A stretch of 5,947 nt of DNA from Fonticula alba ATCC 38817 (Eukaryota; Protista; Nucleariida), in the NCBI GenBank assembly GCA_000388065.2, contig KB932208.1. The stretch is one strand, 5' to 3'. Below are positions 1-5,605 of the stretch, in pieces. Under the pieces are notes generated by a model, which saw only the letters and a program-made list of their open reading frames with translations, was not told the origin of the DNA and made no database searches. The number at the start of each line of letters is the position of its first letter. Within the stretch, counting starts at the first letter, position 1. Both the position numbers and the translations under genes were made by a program.

Positions 1-25
1 CCCTCTCCCAACCGGCTGAACGTTA

Positions 26-53
26 GATTCCGCGGCGCCGATTCCGCGGCGCC
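26..53 (+). repeat. Perfect tandem duplication of a 14-bp unit GATTCCGCGGCGCC (2 copies)
   Basis: 26-39 and 40-53 are identical, followed by a degenerate GCTTC. Confidence 0.9.
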
Positions 54-64
54 GCTTCGCTCTT

Positions 65-86
65 CCCCCCCCCCCCCCCCCCCCCC
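65..86 (+). repeat. C22 homopolymer
   Basis: Counted directly. Confidence 0.95.
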
Positions 87-384
87 TCCGGCCCGTCCAC
101 TCCGGTGAAACACCGGGCGCGGTCCCGACGCCCTGCGGCACCGGGCAACCGGCCGACAATGCACCTATGAAACCACAAGCGCTGAGATCTGCCCGCCTCC
201 TCGCCACCGGAGGTCCCCCCCCCCCCCGCGCAAGCGGAGAGACGCACGACCGGAGGCACGGCCGACATGGGGAGGGCCCTCGGGCTTAAAGCCCACCGGG
301 GGGCAGGCGCCACGCGGCACGGCCCGGGACCGCCCGCAGGTGCCGCGGAGATTCCCCCCCCCCCACCCACCCCGCGGTCTGGAG

Positions 385-424
385 CCTCCCCGGCTCCCCC
401 CCGGCTCCTCCCCGGCTCCTCCCG
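385..424 (+). repeat. 11-bp minisatellite CCTCCCCGGCT, about 3.5 copies
   Basis: 385-395 CCTCCCCGGCT, 396-406 CCCCCCCGGCT, 407-417 CCTCCCCGGCT, 418-424 partial. Confidence 0.85.
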
Positions 425-452
425 CGGCCGGCCGGCCCCCACGAATGCACCA

Positions 453-486
453 GTATACACGCACACACACACACACACGCACGCAC
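453..486 (+). repeat. (CA)8 microsatellite inside an alternating purine-pyrimidine tract
   Basis: Pure CA at 462-477; GTATACACG before and GCACGCAC after keep the R/Y alternation. Confidence 0.9.
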
Positions 487-730
487 CCCTCCCAAGGTCG
501 CCTGCCCCCTCCGCCCGGCGGGCGGCGAAGCAAGCCCGAGGGCCGGCGGAGAGCGTTGGGTTTTCGCGCGCCCGCGTCGGCCAGGCCCGGTCGGCACCGG
601 ACCCCACAGGCCGGCGCGGCCCCGGGCACGCGGAGAGGGTGCCCGTGTCGTACCCGAGAGAATCACACCCCGGGGGCCCTCCCGGCCGTCGGGGGGACGC
701 GCGTCAAAACAGCTGCGCCGTCCCCGAGGC

Positions 731-753
731 TCCTCCGGCTGAAGGCCGGAGGA
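731..753. other. Perfect 9-bp inverted repeat (hairpin) TCCTCCGGC-TGAAG-GCCGGAGGA
   Basis: 731-739 is the reverse complement of 745-753, with a 5-nt loop. No U-tract follows, so it is not called a terminator. Confidence 0.8.
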
Positions 754-773
754 AGGTCCCGGTGACGCGACAT

Positions 774-802
774 CCCCCCCGGCCAGCCCGGGGGGGGGGG
801 GG
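774..802. repeat. C7 / G13 fold-back pair
   Basis: CCCCCCCGG (774-782) pairs with CCGGGGGGG (788-796); the G run spans 790-802. Confidence 0.8.
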
Positions 803-1033
803 ACACAGGGCGCCCGACGCCGGCGCACCGTCGTCCAACGGGCGCAGACCTTTCCAGGGGCCCTGAGTACGGAGCCGGGAAACCCTGCGCTCTGGCGGGG
901 GCCTTACTTTGGCCGGCTCCGCCGCCTCACACCGGCCCAGGGGCCGACCGGGCCTCTCCTGCCGCCGGCGCGCGACCGCCGGCGTCTGGCCCAGGCCGAC
1001 GTGACACGGTCGCCGCAGGAGGGGCCACCCGCG

Positions 1034-1163
1034 CCGCCTTGCAGCCGCCGAGACGCCAGCCAGTGGGCGGCCCCCCCCCTAATCGGGGGGGACCACGCGC
1101 GCCGGCGTCTCCACAAGGGCGGGACCCCCCCTCCCCCCGGGCGTGGCCGGGGGGCAGGGCGTC
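1034..1163. other. Two adjacent multi-stem imperfect inverted repeats (1034-1122 and 1123-1163)
   Basis: Nested stems: CCGCCTTG/CAAGGGCGG (1 bulge); GAGACGCCAGC 1050-1060 / GCCGGCGTCTC 1101-1111 (10 of 11); GTGG/CCAC; C7/G7 around loop TAATC. Second hairpin: GAC/GTC, CCCT/AGGG, CCCCCCGG 1133-1140 / CCGGGGGG 1147-1154. Confidence 0.65.
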
Positions 1164-1208
1164 GGACCCTTGGCAACACAGGGCAGCAGGCAGGGCGCTG
1201 CGCGAGCT

Positions 1209-1228
1209 GCCGCCGCCGCCGCCGCCGC
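1209..1228 (+). repeat. (GCC)6 trinucleotide repeat
   Basis: Six perfect GCC units at 1209-1226, plus GC. Confidence 0.9.
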
Positions 1229-1700
1229 GCGGTCGCCCACCCGCCCGCCAGGGGGGCCGGGAGGGGGCTGTCCCGCCGCGGGCCGGCGTGGAGTGCCGCC
1301 GCCCCCCGCACGTATCAGGGGGACGGAATGTGAGCCCCCCCCCCCCTCCCCCGCCGCCGTCCTCCGCGGGGGGGTGCCAGAGGGGCGCGGCCAGCGCACA
1401 GCGTTGGCATTCTCCGCCCGGTGCCCCGCGTCGCCCGGACCCTCAGCGAGCAGAGGGAGCCAGCCGGCCACGGCCGATGCGCGGCCTGTATCTCCCACTT
1501 TGGGGAGGAGCCGGCGGCCTGTCGTTTTTCCCCAGACCTCCCCCCCCCCCCCTCCTGCCTGTGTGCCCGGCCCCCCGCGCTCGGCCCCACCCCCCGCCGC
1601 CGCCCTGGCCACCGGCGCGCGCCGGAAAAAGACACCTCCCCAGCCCGGCCAAACACCAAACATGCCCTCACCCCTGCCCCTGCAGGGAGAGAGCGAGAAA

Positions 1701-1720
1701 CACACACACACACACACACA
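1701..1720 (+). repeat. (CA)10 microsatellite
   Basis: Counted directly. Confidence 0.95.
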
Positions 1721-1834
1721 AACAATGACCGCGCCCGGGGTGGAGGACGGGCCCCGGCGAGCGAGAGGCACAGACCGCGGAGGCGAGCGCGGACGAGCGC
1801 ACAAGCGAACTGGCCGCAGGGCGGCGAATTGCGA

Positions 1835-1853
1835 GCCATAATTCCCAGCGAGC
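1835..1853 (+). promoter_or_regulatory. ZNF143/Staf (SBS)-like motif
   Basis: GCCATAATTCCCAGCGAGC vs vertebrate consensus ACTACAATTCCCAGCATGC (recalled): 14 of 19 match, with an exact 10-bp AATTCCCAGC block. The ACTACA part is degenerate. Relevant only if the host is a metazoan. Confidence 0.3.
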
Positions 1854-1886
1854 CCCCAGCCCCCGGAGCCCGGCCGAGGGCGGATA

Positions 1887-1990
1887 TGACTCACGCGCAC
1901 AATGCCGGACATATCCCATGAATCAGACCGCAGTCATCCATGAGTGGAACCTGTGGGCGCGAGGGTGCCAAGTATGGCGCGGATGAGTAA
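1887..1990. promoter_or_regulatory. Cluster of AP-1/bZIP-like sites
   Basis: TGACTCA 1887-1893 (perfect), TGAATCA 1919-1925, AGTCAT half-site 1932-1937, TGAGT 1941-1945, TGAGTAA 1984-1990, all in a locally AT-richer patch. Confidence 0.4.
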
Positions 1991-2190
1991 TCCCCGATCG
2001 CTGCGCCTGGGACGCCCGGCCCCGGCGCGCCGGATAAGGCCCTTAGGGGGCACCGGCGCGCACTGCGCCAGCGCGCACGGCCGCGAATGGCGGCTCTCAG
2101 CCCCCCCCCCCTCCTGCCCTGGCTGCCCCGGCTGCCACCGGCCCGCTCCGCCAGAGGTCCTGCGCTCGCGGGACGCGGCGCGGCGGCGGC

Positions 2191-2207
2191 GGGGGGGGGG
2201 GGGGGGG
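2191..2207 (+). repeat. G17 homopolymer
   Basis: Counted directly. Confidence 0.9.
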
Positions 2208-2253
2208 AAAGCCCGCGACGTTCGGGCAACGGCATGGTTTTCTGCCCGCCGGA

Positions 2254-2283
2254 CTGGCTGGCTGGCTGGCTGGCCGGCCGGCC
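2254..2283 (+). repeat. Compound tetranucleotide repeat (CTGG)5(CCGG)2
   Basis: CTGG x5 at 2254-2273, grading into CCGG units. Confidence 0.9.
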
Positions 2284-2442
2284 GCGCGCCGCCAAGGGAC
2301 CGGTGGCGTGCGACTGACGACACGCCCTTGCCCGGAGGCCCCCCGGGGGGGCGGAGGGCCGGGCGCAGGCGAACGGAGGCACAAACGCGCACCGCGCGCC
2401 CACACCCCCTGCCGCAGGGCCACACGGCGGTTCTCCCGGCGT

Positions 2443-2457
2443 GGCCGCCATTTCCGG
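2443..2457 (-). promoter_or_regulatory. Overlapping ETS-like (CCGGAAAT) and YY1-like (AAATGGCGGC) motifs
   Basis: The minus strand reads CCGGAAATGGCGGCC. It matches known YY1 (AANATGGCGGC-type) and ETS (CCGGAAGT/CCGGAAAT-type) cores typical of vertebrate CpG-island promoters. Motif match only. Confidence 0.35.
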
Positions 2458-2501
2458 CGGCCGCACCCGGGGCTCGCCGCCCGGGCGAGCATGCCCGCCG
2501 G

Positions 2502-2511
2502 NNNNNNNNNN
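2502..2511. other. Assembly gap (10 N)
   Basis: Ten N immediately left of the long AC tract. Confidence 1.

Positions 2512-2605
<94 letters not shown>
2512..2605 (+). repeat. Perfect (AC)47 microsatellite, left end truncated by the gap
   Basis: 94 uninterrupted bases; the true length is unknown. Confidence 0.97.
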
Positions 2606-2606
<1 letters not shown>

Positions 2607-2734
2607 AGCTCCGCGGGTCCAGCAGGACACTCGGGCGAGGGCAGGCAAGACAGAAGCAGCAAATGCAGGGATCGATCCCAGCGCAGTCAGAAGGGTGGTA
2701 CGTACGCTCAAAACAGCAGCGGTATAGCTACCTG
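2606..2734 (-). other. Candidate 129-nt internal exon (unverified)
   Basis: Minus strand: about 35-nt pyrimidine tract, then CCCAG|CAG. One open frame (GSYTAAVLSVRTTLLTALGSIPAFAASVLPALARVSCWTRGA) and a weak donor CTG|GTGTGT at the start of the (TG)47 tract. No recognised homology. Confidence 0.15.
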
Positions 2735-2807
2735 CTGGGTGAAGGGAGGGAGGGGATGGGACAGGGGCAAGACATGCGCACAGCCACATACAGACACATA
2801 CACACAA

Positions 2808-2834
2808 GCACGCACGCACGCACGCACGCACGCA
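2808..2834 (+). repeat. (GCAC)6 tetranucleotide repeat, preceded by a degenerate CA/TA tract (2777-2806)
   Basis: GCAC x6 at 2808-2831, plus GCA. Confidence 0.92.
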
Positions 2835-2975
2835 GACAGCCAGGCCGGCAGGTAGAGGGGGTCAGATGGAGGGAGAGGGAGGAGAGATCGCGCGGCCACA
2901 GAACCAGGGCAAGGAGAGGCACCTTAGAGCCGACCAGGGCGTGGAGGCGGGAGAGGAGGGAAGAGGCTGTCCACT

Positions 2976-3055
2976 TGCACGCATGCACACACATACACAC
3001 ACACACACACACACGCACACACACACACACACGCACACACACACACGCGCACACG
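2976..3055 (+). repeat. 80-bp perfectly alternating purine-pyrimidine compound microsatellite (CA with CG/TA interruptions)
   Basis: R/Y alternation is unbroken from 2976 to 3055. Confidence 0.93.
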
Positions 3056-3277
3056 AGGGAGGAAGGAAAATGTGGGCGAGAGGCAAAGGAGGAGGTGGAG
3101 GTGGTAGGGGGATGGGGGTTGGCTGGGGTGGAAAGAAGGCCGCAGGAGGGGGCTGCGATAAAGGGCTTCCGGCTCTCTGGCGCGGAATAATGGGAAGGAG
3201 AGATCAGGCCCGCGCCCCGTTGCAGCCACCAGGCACCCGAGGGGATGAGGACTCCCACTCCATGCTCCCTTCGCTCA

Positions 3278-3371
3278 GGGGGGGGGGGAACAGAGGCCAC
3301 CCCCCCCCCCCCCCGGATGTCGGACGTCGGGACGCCGGACCAGGAGCCCCCGCCCCCCCGGGGGGGGGGGG
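3278..3371. repeat. G11...C15 and C7G12 homopolymer fold-back pairs
   Basis: G 3278-3288, loop AACAGAGGCCA, C 3300-3314. C 3353-3359 directly abuts G 3360-3371. Confidence 0.85.
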
Positions 3372-3497
3372 TGGCGACCGCGACCGAGCCTGGGGGTGCG
3401 CGCCGGCCGCCGGTGTCGCCCACTGCCCCCTCCCTTGCCCTGAGTCCGAAGCACAGGCACACCTTCCGGCCGGGGCCAAGCGATGCCGCCAAGCGTT

Positions 3498-3507
3498 GGG
3501 GCGGGGC
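3498..3507 (+). promoter_or_regulatory. Sp1/KLF GC box GGGGCGGGGC
   Basis: Exact consensus, but expected by chance at this composition. Confidence 0.2.
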
Positions 3508-3628
3508 CCCGTCTCTCGGGTGGGCTCCTGGTGGCGTCGCAGACGCACGGCCGTGGGCACCACCCCCCCCGCCCCCAGGCCGGGGAGATCCGGCCCGTGC
3601 ATCAGAGAGGAACCAAGCCCCGGGGGTC

Positions 3629-3648
3629 GGGGGGGGGGGGGGGGGGGG
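3629..3648 (+). repeat. G20 homopolymer
   Basis: Counted directly. Confidence 0.9.
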
Positions 3649-3821
3649 ACAGGATCCAGCCGGGGGGGCGGGGGGAGTCGGGTGCAAGAGAAAGGCCACT
3701 TACGCTAATGACCCACCGCGGGCAAGCGCACGCGGAATAAGTGAGGCATCGGCTCGGAAAAATGCGCACATTCCCCCGGGAACAGGGCAAGGTGAAGGCG
3801 GAACATGTTGGGTCGGGAAAT

Positions 3822-3837
3822 CCCCCCCCCCCCCCCC
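3822..3837 (+). repeat. C16 homopolymer
   Basis: Counted directly. Confidence 0.9.
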
Positions 3838-4028
3838 GCCCCGCTCTCCCCGGTGCCCCACGCTCGGCACTCCTGTTCACACTATCCGTGACAGTGCGCC
3901 GGCGAGGGCCGATGAAAGCGAATGGGCCGGCCACAACACTGGTGCCCGCGCTGGCATTGGGGGGCGCGCATGCGTGCCGGGCGGAGTGCACAACACGAGA
4001 CCCCTCCCTTGTGTCGCTCGCTCGCTTG

Positions 4029-4065
4029 CCGCCCCCGCCCCCCGGGGGGGGGGGGGGGCGGGCGG
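4029..4065. repeat. CCGC5GC5 abutting G16 (4043-4058), fold-back / G-quadruplex-prone
   Basis: C-rich arm directly followed by G16 and CGGGCGG. Confidence 0.8.
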
Positions 4066-4224
4066 GGACGGGGTTCAAAAGCGCCTCCCCGCGCACGCGC
4101 CCCCGGCTGGGGGAGGGGTGGCGTACGGGCGCCCCCGCGCCCCGGGGCCCCTTCGTGTGAAAAGGGCCAGTAAACCGGGAAAGCGCCGGCTGGCCGAAAA
4201 AGAGAGACTGCCTTCTCCGAAGGC

Positions 4225-4325
4225 CACACAAGCGCACTTACAAACACACCTGCGCACACGCACGTAAGATGCGCGCACACGCGCAGCACAACACAAACAC
4301 ACACACACACACGCTCACACGCACA
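4225..4325 (+). repeat. Degenerate CA/CG-rich tract with an (AC)8 core at 4297-4312
   Basis: Direct reading. Confidence 0.85.
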
Positions 4326-4402
4326 TGGTCCACGCTCATGGGTCGGCCTTTTCGCCGGCCCGGCGAATGTTGTCCCCTCCAAAGGGTCACAGGGGGTGAG
4401 GC

Positions 4403-4427
4403 GGGGGGCGGGGGGGGGGGGGGTGTA

Positions 4428-4490
<63 letters not shown>
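4403..4490 (+). repeat. Poly-G block: G6-C-G14-TGTA-G63
   Basis: G14 at 4410-4423 and G63 at 4428-4490. The length may be inflated by sequencing error. Confidence 0.9.
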
Positions 4491-4952
4491 CGAGACGACG
4501 GCCCTCGCATGTGGAGGCACGCCGACGGCCGGCGCGGCCAAGCCGGCCCCGGCCAGGGTGGCGCGGGCCCGCAAGAGAGCGGGGCAGCCATCAAGCACGC
4601 CCGCATTGGCGCGGGTCTGGTGCTTTCCGAGGAAGATACCGGTGGTCGCCTATGGGCAGGCACCTGCTTTGGGCGGTGGCTCCCCCGGAAAAGAGCCGCT
4701 CCGAAAGAGGCGCCGCGTTCCTCAGGCCGCGCCGCGCCCCGGCCACCTGCCGCCCGGGGCCCGGGGGCCGTGCCCTTCTCCGTATGCGGGTCGCATGCGC
4801 CGGGCAAAGCCCAATTACGTGGAAGGGGGCTCGCCCGGCTGATGGGAAGGTCGCCGGCGGAGCCGCGCACCGGCCCCTCCGCCCCGGGCCTCGACAGCAT
4901 GGACGCCGCCCGGGGTCAAGCTGTTGCCCGTCCCGGCGCACCCGCGGGTCCG

Positions 4953-5061
4953 CCCCCCCCCCCCCCTCCCCCGCCCTGCCAGGTGAAAGGGCCTGTGCCC
5001 GGGCGCGCCGGGCCACAGATGCTCCACCCCCCGGCGGGGGCACGGCCCCCCCCCCCCCCCC
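4953..5061 (+). repeat. C14 (4953-4966) and C16 (5046-5061) homopolymers
   Basis: Counted directly. Confidence 0.85.
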
Positions 5062-5284
5062 GCGCCCCGGAGCCGAGCAACCGCGAACCGCGCCCCTATA
5101 TGGCCCGCGGCAGTATACTTGCGCCGTGTGCTGGTGCCCCGCGCGCCGGGAACAACGCGCAAACACATGGCCGCGCGCCCCGCACATACACACGCACACA
5201 GACGCGTGCGGCTGGCGCTCTCCCCTGGCCGTGTGCGTGGGGCTGCCGGACGCGCGGTGCGCCAAATGCGCGCCCATGCACGCG

Positions 5285-5322
5285 GGCACAAATGAGGGCG
5301 CAAATGAGGGCGCAAATGAGGG
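5285..5322 (+). repeat. 12-bp tandem repeat GGCGCAAATGAG x3
   Basis: 5285-5296 GGCACAAATGAG; 5297-5308 and 5309-5320 GGCGCAAATGAG; then GG. Confidence 0.92.
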
Positions 5323-5335
5323 TGCGCATTCGCGC

Positions 5336-5372
5336 GCACGCCTACACACTTGCACGCCTACACACTTGCACG

Positions 5373-5373
<1 letters not shown>
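5336..5373 (+). repeat. 16-bp tandem repeat GCACGCCTACACACTT x2.4
   Basis: 5336-5351 equals 5352-5367, then GCACGC. Confidence 0.92.

Positions 5374-5376
<3 letters not shown>

Positions 5377-5403
<27 letters not shown>
5377..5403 (+). repeat. (CA)13 microsatellite
   Basis: Counted directly. Confidence 0.95.
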
Positions 5404-5585
5404 GACGCGCCCCCTTTGCGTGGATCGGGGGCGTAGGGCTCTCCGCATTGCGCTCCACAACCCGCCGGCGCGTCCCCCGAGGCGGACGGTTGGCACCCGG
5501 GCCGGCCGCACCAGCGCACGCGCGCTGCCTGTCTCCGGCGCCCAGCTCCCGGCTCTCGGTGCTCTGGCGGGCGCCGGCTTTTGCT

Positions 5586-5605
5586 GGCCGGCCGGCCGGC
5601 CGGCC
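5586..5605. repeat. (GGCC)5, a perfect 20-bp palindrome
   Basis: Five self-complementary GGCC units. Confidence 0.92.

Noticed and set aside
810-910. Faint 5S rRNA resemblance (GCGCCCGA ... AGTAC ... GCCGGGAAACC)
   Set aside because: Anchor spacing does not fit 5S (55 nt vs about 48), the middle does not align, and helix I and a T4 terminator are absent.
1880-1945. Box C/D snoRNA on the minus strand (GGATGA ... CTGA)
   Set aside because: The C box is imperfect, and there is no terminal D box or terminal stem at suitable distance.
1891-3190. ORFs spanning the N gap (1891..2601, 1934..2662, 1944..2855, 2097..2831, 2308..2727, 2441..3190)
   Set aside because: The frame across the gap and the (AC)47 tract is undefined.
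4015-4030. CGCTCGCTCGCTTGCC as an AAV Rep-binding element
   Set aside because: Only two perfect GCTC units, with no terminal-resolution site or ITR structure.
4070-4083. GGTTCAAAAGC as a tRNA/SINE B-box
   Set aside because: Imperfect match, no A-box upstream (a G run lies there) and no cloverleaf.
561-4800. Isolated E2F (TTTTCGCGC 561-569), NRF1-like (3965-3976, 4792-4800) and MRE (TGCRCNC) motif matches
   Set aside because: They are individually expected in GC/CpG-rich and CA/CG-repeat sequence, and show no clustering that supports function.
451-5119. CAGTATAC occurring twice (451-458, 5111-5118)
   Set aside because: An 8-mer with unrelated flanks; compatible with chance given the number of words examined.
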